A model generated the notes under the pieces. That model was not told the origin of the DNA. It saw only the letters and a program-made list of their open reading frames with translations, and searched no databases. 64,000 bases of DNA from a virus (Duplodnaviria > Caudoviricetes). Below, in pieces: positions 18,348 through 27,490 of this stretch (position 1 is its first letter; every line of letters starts with the position of its first letter). Position numbers and translations under genes: made by a program. The stretch covers positions 1 through 64,000 of IMG/VR virus record IMGVR_UViG_3300029288_000116; one strand, 5' to 3'.

Positions 18348-19798
18348 AACTGCAAGAAACTCAACGTCTTATTAAAATTGAAGAAAAAATTAAGCAAATC
18401 GCCTCTGAGGAGCTCGGCTTAACTTTTCCTAACATTGAGTTCGATTGTATTCCGGCAGAGAAGATGATCGAAATCATGGCTTGTAGAGGTCCTTCCCAAA
18501 TATCTCATTGGTCTTATGGAAAGAACTATGAAAAAATTAAAACAATCTATAATGAAATTACCCCCGATCTTCCTTATGAAGTTGTTATTAATTCTCTTCC
18601 ACCAAGAGCATATCTTCTTAATAAGAATACCTTAGCAGTTCAGGCCTTGGTCATTGCTCATGTTTATGGACACGTTCATTTCTTTACCAAAAGTAAATTC
18701 TTTTCTAAACATAGAAGAGATATTATAGAACTCATGTCCAATGCCTCTGATAGGTTTAGTAAATACGAAAAGAAATATGGTATTGAAAACGTAGAACCCA
18801 TTATTGATGCTGGGCTGGCTTTACAACAACATGTTAATCCTTATGACGAAGAGACTGAAGAACAGAAAAGAGAACGAGTTTATGAGCACCATAAAAAGAA
18901 AATGCAACCATTTTCTCATGAGTTCTCAGATCTGATTAACACCAATGACCGAGACCGAAATCTTGATATAGAAGCGTATAATAGTCAATTGCGGCTAGCT
19001 CTTAAAAATCTAATTCCAGTAGAGCCAACGGAGGATATTCTACGGTTTATTATTGATAATTCTAGAAACCTTGATGATTGGGAAAAGGATATACTCGAAA
19101 TTATTAGGGAAGAGGGTATGTACTATCACCCAGTTATTAAGACAAAAACAATTAATGAGGGATTTTCCGTCTTTGTGCACCAAAAGATTATGCAAAGACT
19201 TTTTGAGTTAAAATTGCTTACCCAAGAAGAACACGGTCAATACGCGGTAAGTAATTCTCTAGTAAAAGCTCAATCTATGTTTTCCATTAATCCTTATCTA
19301 GTAGGGTCTAAGATGTTAGAAGATATTGAAGACAGATGGAATAAGGGCAAATTTGGAAAAGAATGGGAGAATTGCGAAAATATAACAATAAAAAAGAGTT
19401 GGAATAAGAATCTAGGTTTGGGTTGGAAAAAGGTTTTAGATGTATGTGAATCTTATAATGATTGGTTGTTTATGCAAGATTTTTTAACTACAGACTTAAT
19501 AGAAGAGTTGGAATTATTTATTTATCAGCAGATAGAGACCAGGGACGAAATTAGATTAGTTAGAACAGAACATACTCTAGAAGAGATTAAACAAATGATT
19601 TTAATGAGTTATGCTTTGTCTTATACCCCTAAAATAGAGGTTATAGAAGGAAGAAAAGAATTAATTTTAAGGCATGAATATTTTGGAAATAATCTAGATA
19701 CTAAATATGCTATGGAGACTATAAAACATGTAACAAGACTCTGGGGAGATAAAGTCTTGTTACATACTAGAGATGGAGAAGTTGAATTGGTTTTGTAG
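18344..19798 (+). CDS. spoVR: SpoVR/YcgB family protein
   Basis: HWSYGK.Y, YEVVINS.P..AYL, LVIAHVYGH..FF, EDILRFI, L.DWEKDIL.I.R.E..Y..P...TK..NEG, NPY.VG; ATGA overlap at 18344. Confidence 0.95.
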   Translation: MKLQETQRLIKIEEKIKQIASEELGLTFPNIEFDCIPAEKMIEIMACRGPSQISHWSYGKNYEKIKTIYNEITPDLPYEVVINSLPPRAYLLNKNTLAVQALVIAHVYGHVHFFTKSKFFSKHRRDIIELMSNASDRFSKYEKKYGIENVEPIIDAGLALQQHVNPYDEETEEQKRERVYEHHKKKMQPFSHEFSDLINTNDRDRNLDIEAYNSQLRLALKNLIPVEPTEDILRFIIDNSRNLDDWEKDILEIIREEGMYYHPVIKTKTINEGFSVFVHQKIMQRLFELKLLTQEEHGQYAVSNSLVKAQSMFSINPYLVGSKMLEDIEDRWNKGKFGKEWENCENITIKKSWNKNLGLGWKKVLDVCESYNDWLFMQDFLTTDLIEELELFIYQQIETRDEIRLVRTEHTLEEIKQMILMSYALSYTPKIEVIEGRKELILRHEYFGNNLDTKYAMETIKHVTRLWGDKVLLHTRDGEVELVL

Positions 19799-19799
19799 T

Positions 19800-20033
19800 C
19801 TATTTAGCAACCCACCCAGTATTACTAATTCCAGACTCTTTTACATAAAGCGAAGTATTGGCCCCACCATCCGACCTAAGATATAAACTGCCTGGAACGG
19901 CCACAATAATTCCTTCTGGAGAGCCAGTTCCCCCAGTAATTATCATATCTGTTCCGTTTATTTCAATTTTATTAGATAAAGTTATTTTATCATTACTTGC
20001 GCTAGTTAAAATATTAACATTTAGTGTGCTCAT
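19800..20033 (-). CDS. small virion/fibre-associated protein
   Basis: GTGSPEG.IVA.PGSLYLR.DGGA.TSLYVKESG..NTGW.AK, typical of tail fibre/spike termini. Confidence 0.65.
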   Translation of the reverse strand: MSTLNVNILTSASNDKITLSNKIEINGTDMIITGGTGSPEGIIVAVPGSLYLRSDGGANTSLYVKESGISNTGWVAK

Positions 20034-20323
20034 TCAGTATACTCCATAATTAGATTTCCATTTTCCATTTTAGCTCTATATAATCTTCCAAGGAAAGAAT
20101 TACCAGAAATAGGGTCTGTGCCGGCCCCTTTATCTTTCCATTTAGCCCCAATAGCCACCCAGTCGCCAAACGCAATCGTTCCGCCCACATACACAACCTC
20201 TTCATCCTCTACGAATATTACCCTAGCAACATCATCTATAGTCCATATAGGCAAAGTAGGCACGTTCTGGATCCAAAGTTTTCCCACAAAGTAAAGGCCG
20301 TGGCTTTTTGTCGCGAGACTCAT
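20030..20323 (-). CDS. hypothetical (probable virion) protein
   Basis: Overlapping start/stop within the late operon. Confidence 0.6.
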   Translation of the reverse strand: MSLATKSHGLYFVGKLWIQNVPTLPIWTIDDVARVIFVEDEEVVYVGGTIAFGDWVAIGAKWKDKGAGTDPISGNSFLGRLYRAKMENGNLIMEYTE

Positions 20324-20520
20324 AGTAGTCCACCTTCAATCAAAAATTCTTGTAGTCTCTTCAATTTTTTATCCCTCACAGGTCTATCATTTTCTATTAA
20401 ATTCGTAAGAATTTGGTAGTCTTCTTCAGTATAGACCTCTTTCCTTTCATCCATTTCTTTAATTCTGTTTTCCTGAATCTTTATGTTAGAAACTAGATCA
20501 AATAAAGACTTTGTGGTCAT
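20320..20520 (-). CDS. hypothetical protein
   Basis: Overlapping start/stop within the late operon. Confidence 0.6.
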   Translation of the reverse strand: MTTKSLFDLVSNIKIQENRIKEMDERKEVYTEEDYQILTNLIENDRPVRDKKLKRLQEFLIEGGLL

Positions 20521-21008
20521 TTTCTTTTAATCCCCTTCATTTGATTAGTCCTAAAGTGTGCAGCAACTCTTCTCTGCGTTAACATGTTAAAGTCTTTGAA
20601 ATAACTCCTAACAACCTCTTCTTGAGCTTTATCTGGAGGAATATATTCAAGCCCACGAATATAGTAGACAGGCGAATAAAAATACCTCCGAATCACTTCT
20701 TTCATATAGGGGTATTGAGTTTTTACTCTGTCCCAAGTTAACTTAACATTCCCCTTATTTCTAAGCATTTCCGCCATCCAGGTTTCTACAAACTTTGCTC
20801 TAGTTCCGCGCGGCAGATAATTCAAATTTATAGCTTGGTGGAATCTCCATTGTCTTCCTGTTGTCGGATGTCTCCCAGATAAACTGTTTAAATACAAAAT
20901 AACGGGAGAAGGATCATGTTCGAAAGCTTGATATGAAAATTTATACAAATTCCCAGATTGAAGTGTTACTCCTCCCTGCTTAAAGTTGTAGTGTACTTTT
21001 AAGGCCAC
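20517..21008 (-). CDS. gp2: DNA end protector protein (T4 gp2-like)
   Basis: GNLYKFSY...D.SP, AINLNYLP...RAKF, IRRY. Confidence 0.7.
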   Translation of the reverse strand: MALKVHYNFKQGGVTLQSGNLYKFSYQAFEHDPSPVILYLNSLSGRHPTTGRQWRFHQAINLNYLPRGTRAKFVETWMAEMLRNKGNVKLTWDRVKTQYPYMKEVIRRYFYSPVYYIRGLEYIPPDKAQEEVVRSYFKDFNMLTQRRVAAHFRTNQMKGIKRK

Positions 21009-21011
21009 CTT

Positions 21012-21467
21012 CTACCTCAATAATAAATCTATTCTATTAACAATATTCTTATCATCCCAGAGCTTTTTTCTTAATAAAACCCCAGCAGCTATTCCAGCCA
21101 GCCCTATTCCTATTTTTGTAGCTTTTGATACTTGGCCGCTTGAAGCTTCTCCAGTTTCTGCCCATTTAGCAAAGCTTTCACAGTTATTAAAAATTATGTT
21201 ATATTCCGTTTTTTCTTTTAGTCTTGTGTATACCCTAGATAAGATCATAAACACAGAATCTCTATTTGGAGAATTTTCTACGACTTTCTTTCCACCGCGA
21301 AGAAATTCTTCCATTGTGGATTTTATAACTATTCCGTTCTTCTTAGTTAATACATGGGCATCTCCATAGTGAACAACTTTTTCTCCACGCACTTCTATTC
21401 CATGATGCCAATATATCGGTATCTTGGCTACTTTTCGTAAGACTTTAATATGATCGCCCACAGCCAT
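21012..21467 (-). CDS. LRAT/PLAAT-like permuted NlpC/P60 acyltransferase/hydrolase
   Basis: GDHI, YWHHGI, VVHY, YNIIFNNCESFA.W..TG...S.Q; C-terminal hydrophobic helix. Confidence 0.88.
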   Translation of the reverse strand: MAVGDHIKVLRKVAKIPIYWHHGIEVRGEKVVHYGDAHVLTKKNGIVIKSTMEEFLRGGKKVVENSPNRDSVFMILSRVYTRLKEKTEYNIIFNNCESFAKWAETGEASSGQVSKATKIGIGLAGIAAGVLLRKKLWDDKNIVNRIDLLLR

Positions 21468-21476
21468 TTAAAATCC

Positions 21477-21872
21477 TTACTTTAATTTAGTATAGTCTAT
21501 CGCAGATAGTTCATTTTCTACTGCGTCTTCATAGTCAGGCATATCAAACAGCTCTTTTTTGATCCCGGCATGCTTATGTTGTTGCTTTAAATACATAAGA
21601 AAAGCATTTCTACATATTGTAGTTATATACGCAAAAGCATTTGTTGTTTTTTCTGTATTAAAATTATACAAATATTTGCAACAGGTTAACAAAGCCTCGG
21701 CAACCATATCTTCTCTATATGTGTAACCTGCAAATCTTCCACTACATCCTAAATTTGTCGCAATATCAAAAATCATAGAACCCAAATTCTCTGACATCTT
21801 TCCGCTTTCTTTATAAAGTTTTAATTCTTCTAATAGATCCTTATTTTTCACATAAAATTTAGCATTTGCCAT
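21477..21872 (-). CDS. gp55: late-transcription sigma factor (T4 gp55-like)
   Basis: YVKNKDLL, F.GYTYREDMV..A...C.KY..NFN....NAFAY.T.I..NAF. Confidence 0.9.
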   Translation of the reverse strand: MANAKFYVKNKDLLEELKLYKESGKMSENLGSMIFDIATNLGCSGRFAGYTYREDMVAEALLTCCKYLYNFNTEKTTNAFAYITTICRNAFLMYLKQQHKHAGIKKELFDMPDYEDAVENELSAIDYTKLK

Positions 21873-21882
21873 TGTTCACCTT

Positions 21883-23571
21883 TTAGAAGTTTGTTGTGCT
21901 TACCCTACGCCATTTATTGGTATCAAAACAAAGATAGACATAGGACCCATCCCAGCATATTTGTCCAGCATATCCTGCTGCGGCTGAAGTTGCTGGAGTT
22001 TTAGAAGTTCTGATTCTTATACTATCATCAATAACATCCAATGGAGCGGTAGGAGTAGTATTTTGTCCCAACACTAACCATCCATCTCCCCTTAATTTAG
22101 CTGCTGATGCTTCTAATGTGTTAGTATAAGTAGTTGTCCACTTATAATCACCCGTTCCTAAAGAATACGTAGTAGCAAATTTAGGTCTTAAAGAAAGGTC
22201 GAATATACCAGAAGTAGAAAGGCTGCTTACTTGAAAGTCTCCTAAAGAAGTGGTTTCGAGGTCTGAATATATCCCAGTGCTGTATAATAACCTTAATTGT
22301 GGCCCAGCTGCATCTACAATTTCGAATTTTCTTGTACCAGCAGAATTTCCTACAACAACTCTATTATTTGTTGAATCTATAAATAAGGTATTAGTATCAA
22401 AATTTAAACTATTAGGAATACTTACAGTTCCAGCATTTATCGTTACACTATCGCCGATAACATCTCCGAGAATAGTATTTCCAGATACAGTTAGAGTTCC
22501 AGTTTTAACACTAGTATCTGCGTAAAAAGTTCCTGTAGAAATATTTGTAGCTTCAAGATTTACTGTAAATATTGATGTACTAGATCTTAATATACTAAAA
22601 TACCCAGCTGCCCCTACTGTTTGTCCTATAATTATGTTGTCAATATACCCGCCATCTAAATTTACATTTATAGAATTTAAATTTGTTATGGTGCCATTAG
22701 TTACGGTTCCTAAATTTGTTATATTAGCCGTAGTAATGTTAGCTGTGGTGATGTTAGCTGTAGTTAAAGTAGCTAACGTAGAGGCTAGAGTCGCTATAGT
22801 TCCAGTTGTTATATTAGCTGTAGTTAAAGTAGCTAACGTAGAGGCTAGAGTCGCTATAGTTCCGGTTGTAGCTATTAAAGTAGTAAAAGTTCCTGCAGCT
22901 GGAACCGCTCCACCTATAATGGTTCCATCTATAGCACCACCATTAATGTCAACCAGAGGAATCTGAACGGCCCCGGTTGAATTAAGAATGGTTAAACCAT
23001 TAACACTGTTGTAATTAGATATGTTTAGATCTGTTGCACTTCTTCCACGAATAAAGGCTGCTAATATTGAGTATGTTGGACCAATGTCCCAATTTCCTGT
23101 TAATAATCTGCTACCATTGGTTTTTAGATATTGAGTATGTTCATCTACAGACACATCGGTTTTGTGATCTTGCCACCCCTTTGCTAGAGCGTTATTTACA
23201 ACCTTACTATAATATTCACTAGTAGAATTAGTATCTACACTTCTTCTTGTAACATCAAAAAGCTGCAAATTATCAAGATTTCCAGCGGTTATTCCGCTCC
23301 CAGACCAGGTTATTTTAAAGAGTCTTTGATACTCATAACCATACGTTGATCCACCTTCTTCCAAATCAGCAACAAAAAATTCAAAATATCCATTTGCATC
23401 AGTAATTATTGGGGTTGCATATGAGGTTGTAGGAGACCCAGCTTGTGTTATGTATATATTGGCGTATGTAGCTGAACCTCCGGCCAGAGGATACGCATAA
23501 ACATGTATAATAGCCCCGGAAACAGGCTCTCCTCGATAGTTTAGCAAATAGTTATAGAACTTCGTTTTCAT
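21883..23571 (-). CDS. tail fibre / Thr-rich fibrous virion protein
   Basis: TDANGYFEF N-terminal domain, INGGAIDGT.IG repeats, TTANI repeats, C-terminal G.AGQI.WD..Y.Y.C..TN.W.R. Confidence 0.8.
   Translation of the reverse strand: MKTKFYNYLLNYRGEPVSGAIIHVYAYPLAGGSATYANIYITQAGSPTTSYATPIITDANGYFEFFVADLEEGGSTYGYEYQRLFKITWSGSGITAGNLDNLQLFDVTRRSVDTNSTSEYYSKVVNNALAKGWQDHKTDVSVDEHTQYLKTNGSRLLTGNWDIGPTYSILAAFIRGRSATDLNISNYNSVNGLTILNSTGAVQIPLVDINGGAIDGTIIGGAVPAAGTFTTLIATTGTIATLASTLATLTTANITTGTIATLASTLATLTTANITTANITTANITNLGTVTNGTITNLNSINVNLDGGYIDNIIIGQTVGAAGYFSILRSSTSIFTVNLEATNISTGTFYADTSVKTGTLTVSGNTILGDVIGDSVTINAGTVSIPNSLNFDTNTLFIDSTNNRVVVGNSAGTRKFEIVDAAGPQLRLLYSTGIYSDLETTSLGDFQVSSLSTSGIFDLSLRPKFATTYSLGTGDYKWTTTYTNTLEASAAKLRGDGWLVLGQNTTPTAPLDVIDDSIRIRTSKTPATSAAAGYAGQICWDGSYVYLCFDTNKWRRVSTTNF
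22754..22863 (-). repeat. 60-bp-period tandem repeat (50 bp identical) in the fibre gene
   Basis: TTAGCTGTAGTTAAAGTAGCTAACGTAGAGGCTAGAGTCGCTATAGTTCC at 22754-22803 and 22814-22863. Confidence 0.95.
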
Positions 23572-23589
23572 AGGTGTACCTGCAGTTAT

Positions 23590-26500
23590 TTATAAATTTT
23601 TATTGATTCTATAGAAGCTCGTTATATCGAAATTGGATACTTTATATAGTTCACTTTTGATATACGTATAGAACATAAGTTCATCATCCTCATTAAAAAG
23701 CCCCATTTCGGTTATAGTAGTTTCCTCTTTATTACCATTGAAAAACCCCTTAATATAATATTTATTAGAGTCTTCAGTAATTATTAAATCGTAAATATAC
23801 GAACTTATTAAGGTATTTTTCAGAGCATTATTTCCTATAGCATCATAGTTTTCAGTTGAAGCCCCGTTTCCGATCTCGATATATCCGTTTGACAAAGATT
23901 CTATTACATATTCTTTAGTATATAGTCCACCTAGACATGTTACAAAAGCGTATCCTGACTTTTGCTCTTCAAGAGTAATAGTAATCTGTTTTTTATCTCG
24001 AAACAAAGTTATTGTTTTTGGGAATATTTGTTTTAGTTCGTCATCATAAAGTTGAACTAGTACTCCCTTATGATCCAGGGTATGAGTTATAATCCATTCT
24101 GTAGAAGCAACAGATTGTACATATAGATAGTCACTATTTCTAATTTGGCAATATCCTAAAGTTGGTACATACCACGTAGAAGTCATTTGATCCACTTCTG
24201 TTATGCTAACATTAGATGGCAACATTTGTTCTTTGTCTAAATAGAAGTAATAATCTGAGAGAACTGCACTAGTTTCTTGAGAATGAGTAAATCCCCAAGA
24301 AGCAGAAGCTTCATATGTATTTGTTAAGGTTTCTTTGGCGGCTCCTATTAGACAAAGACCAGAAAATGGAGAATCAAATTCTATAGAAACATTATTAGTA
24401 TCTATTATTTTTACAGAAAGAGGAAATACCATTTCATAGGTATTATCATAACATTGTACTAAAACATTCTCTGTATTTAGACCATGAAATATGCTCCATT
24501 TAGAAGTTGGAACATATTTTCTGTAAATGAACCCGGCAGAAGTAGACTCAGTATCTACACAACAATATGTATAGAAGTCGGCAACATTTCCGTATATATC
24601 ATCATATGTTTTAATAGTTTCTTCACTAAAATCTGTTATTGGAGAAAGCAATAAAGAGTAATGAGAGTATTTGGAAGCCGGTCTAGAGACTTCAAGCTGA
24701 TCATAAAGCATTAAAGCGTAATCTCTATTAAGAATATCTCTATCACATAAAGGCTCACAATTAAGGTCTATTTCAGCCTTATAATGCGGACTCATTAATA
24801 GACCGTCAGCATATGTTAATTGTCCTACTTCTCTTAGAATGGCCATGCCTGAAGCAGAGCTGGCAAAAGACGCTGTGACATTGTCTTTATCCACAGCTTG
24901 AAAATTCTCTGGGCTTCCTTGAAATAAAGTAGTACACACAGAATCAGCTATTCCGCAGGCAACATACCCAATGGCCGAAGTAGGAAATGTAACAACGATA
25001 TTATTCTCGTCTACTATTTCGACCTCAGGTGTATTATCTTTTACTGTAGGAATGAAACTTTGCTCTGCTACATAGATGATAACATCACCAGAAGTAGGGG
25101 TATTAAATAATATATTTGTCCAATTTTTATTATACAAATGTAATTCATCTGGAATAATCTCTATTCCACCACTATAAACTCTAACAACAATCTCATAATT
25201 GTCTAAATAGTGTTCTACCCACCAACAAGCACTTGGAATCGTTTGAGTATATGTAAATACTGATTGATCATGATCTATTTGATATGTATTAATAAATATT
25301 TGTTCTGCTGCGGATAAAGAAACTGAAATAGTATCTGTTGACGCGCTAGCTGAAATAGTATTAAGCAGTCTTCTATTTAAATCATATACTTGAATAAAAA
25401 GGTTAGAAGAAGAGTACTCGTTCATTAATTGAAATACAGTATTGTCTATTCCAGAATAAATGTTTGTAATAATATTCAAAGAATTAAGGTTGTGATTTAT
25501 GTTCCAAATATTTGAACGATATAAGAAGGCTTCAACATAATCTGGAATAGCCACTTCTAAATACCCAGCAAATGGATATGTAGAACTTAAGGCTAAGGTA
25601 TTAGTATATATTGGTCTAATGTCTAGATCATTTACCGCGTTATAGTCGGTATCATATGCTTGAAGTAATTGGACGTCTCCACCACTAACAGTATAAGTGG
25701 ACATCCAACCAGAGGATAAAGGCAAAGTTAATGTTTCATCGGCTTCTAATAGAAAAATTCTGCCATTTTCTTCGCTAGCAAAGTTTACTTTCACAACATC
25801 ATTTGTTATATTATATAAAGAAGAACAATTTGTTGTGGCTTCGCCCTCAGAATAAATTTGATATACTAAATTTTTGGAATTTAAAGTATGGGTTATGGTC
25901 CATGCAGACGTAGCCATACTTAAATAGAAGTCAGCCATTAATGCTTTTGAATCTAAATTATGTTCTATTTCCCATTCCATTTTGTCTATGGCTTGAATAT
26001 GGAAATAGTCACCTGATAGAGCAACAACTTGGGTACCATTATTGCTACTTATATTAGCAACTAAAATATCATTCATACCACTAGGCATTACTGTTTCAAA
26101 TGTACAGATACCAGAAATAGGAAGAGTAGTGGTATTATATGTAAAAGTTGTTGGGTAATATCCTTCTACTAATGGAGCAATTTGATTTAAATTATGAGAA
26201 TGAAGTTCACTTATAGATAGCAAAGGATTCATATACTGAGGCTTAGTTATGAGAGCAAATCCTGTAACCAGTTCATGAAATGTTAATAAAAGAGAACTAG
26301 AGTCTATACATGCAACTTCAGACGGACTAACAAGATTCATATAAGAATCAAAACATTGAATAACCGGAATCCTATCATCAAGGGAATGCGCAATATACCA
26401 CCTATCAGAAGCATAATTCTGTTTATGAATATAACAATTATCTAACGGAACATTAAACCCTTTACCAGAGGCCAGGGTATAATATTCTGCCCCTGTACAA

Positions 26501-27489
26501 CCAACAGATAATGCATCATAGTAGCTAAGATAATTGAAATCTATGAAATACGGTTCTAAATCATAGTCATGAGATAAATCAAAAACACTATCTGGATGCC
26601 ATCTTTCATATACATTTAAATTATTTTCTGTGGCCCAAAATAGAGTTTTAAATGTTATGTATAGAGATGAATAGGTCCCCTTTCTTTTTAGGTAATTAAT
26701 TATATTAGCTACAAGTTCTTTTAGTCTTCTTTCTCTAGCTCTAGTTTCTTCAGAAACTTTATCAATGAATAATGACTCAAAATAGGATTTATTTATTTGA
26801 TAATTATAAATTTCTGCTAAATATGGAAGATAATCGAGAGGTATTTCTTTAGCATCTATCAAAGTTTTTATAGTTTTTGCTCTACTATAAAAAGCATTAT
26901 ATACCTGATCAAAAGTAATTTTAAAGAATTCTTTTAATTTTGTAGTTTGATTATGTTCTGGAATACATGTTAAAGCATATCTATCATATCCCCAGTAGTC
27001 TATTCTATATTGATTAACTTCTTTTTGGGGGTATATTTTACCGATATATTGGTGAATTTTATAAGGATTTATAAAATAAGTCATATCAATAGTATTGGTA
27101 AAACTGCTTCCATTTTCTACAAGGTTATCAACATATTCCTGTACTACCCCGCCCTTTCTTCTTAATAAGTAAAAATCTGTTTCGGCCGGAATATCTAAAG
27201 CACTGGTTGCCGAAGTTTCCATAGAACTCATTCTTTCTAAATAGAAGAAATTGTTATTATAATAGTCTTCTTCAGAGACTCCATAAGGTTTAAACGGTAT
27301 TTCTATTTTTTGAACAACCCCATCTAAATCTTCTATTTTAACAATACCGTAGAAATAACTCCAATTCTCTTCTATTACAGTTGTCATTGGTCCTACAAGA
27401 ACTGATCCTGTATCAGATAAAGCAACAGTACAAAATTTTGCTAAAAAGTCAGCTAGAATAAATTTTGGAAACTCTGAAAATTTAGGCAT
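23590..27489 (-). CDS. baseplate wedge protein (gp7/P2 gpI-like) with repeated beta modules
   Basis: LPYLAE, YLKRKGT tail-I-like motif; multiple W.I.H.L....VQ.YD repeats; ITEMGLFN C-terminus; follows gp6. Confidence 0.75.
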   Translation of the reverse strand: MPKFSEFPKFILADFLAKFCTVALSDTGSVLVGPMTTVIEENWSYFYGIVKIEDLDGVVQKIEIPFKPYGVSEEDYYNNNFFYLERMSSMETSATSALDIPAETDFYLLRRKGGVVQEYVDNLVENGSSFTNTIDMTYFINPYKIHQYIGKIYPQKEVNQYRIDYWGYDRYALTCIPEHNQTTKLKEFFKITFDQVYNAFYSRAKTIKTLIDAKEIPLDYLPYLAEIYNYQINKSYFESLFIDKVSEETRARERRLKELVANIINYLKRKGTYSSLYITFKTLFWATENNLNVYERWHPDSVFDLSHDYDLEPYFIDFNYLSYYDALSVGCTGAEYYTLASGKGFNVPLDNCYIHKQNYASDRWYIAHSLDDRIPVIQCFDSYMNLVSPSEVACIDSSSLLLTFHELVTGFALITKPQYMNPLLSISELHSHNLNQIAPLVEGYYPTTFTYNTTTLPISGICTFETVMPSGMNDILVANISSNNGTQVVALSGDYFHIQAIDKMEWEIEHNLDSKALMADFYLSMATSAWTITHTLNSKNLVYQIYSEGEATTNCSSLYNITNDVVKVNFASEENGRIFLLEADETLTLPLSSGWMSTYTVSGGDVQLLQAYDTDYNAVNDLDIRPIYTNTLALSSTYPFAGYLEVAIPDYVEAFLYRSNIWNINHNLNSLNIITNIYSGIDNTVFQLMNEYSSSNLFIQVYDLNRRLLNTISASASTDTISVSLSAAEQIFINTYQIDHDQSVFTYTQTIPSACWWVEHYLDNYEIVVRVYSGGIEIIPDELHLYNKNWTNILFNTPTSGDVIIYVAEQSFIPTVKDNTPEVEIVDENNIVVTFPTSAIGYVACGIADSVCTTLFQGSPENFQAVDKDNVTASFASSASGMAILREVGQLTYADGLLMSPHYKAEIDLNCEPLCDRDILNRDYALMLYDQLEVSRPASKYSHYSLLLSPITDFSEETIKTYDDIYGNVADFYTYCCVDTESTSAGFIYRKYVPTSKWSIFHGLNTENVLVQCYDNTYEMVFPLSVKIIDTNNVSIEFDSPFSGLCLIGAAKETLTNTYEASASWGFTHSQETSAVLSDYYFYLDKEQMLPSNVSITEVDQMTSTWYVPTLGYCQIRNSDYLYVQSVASTEWIITHTLDHKGVLVQLYDDELKQIFPKTITLFRDKKQITITLEEQKSGYAFVTCLGGLYTKEYVIESLSNGYIEIGNGASTENYDAIGNNALKNTLISSYIYDLIITEDSNKYYIKGFFNGNKEETTITEMGLFNEDDELMFYTYIKSELYKVSNFDITSFYRINKNL

Positions 27490-27490
27490 G

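Noticed and set aside
14337-19798. Host chromosomal contamination or prophage boundary at prkA-yeaH-spoVR
   Set aside because: The genes overlap a gp16-like gene, are interleaved with phage-type small ORFs, abut the virion operon and look similar in base composition
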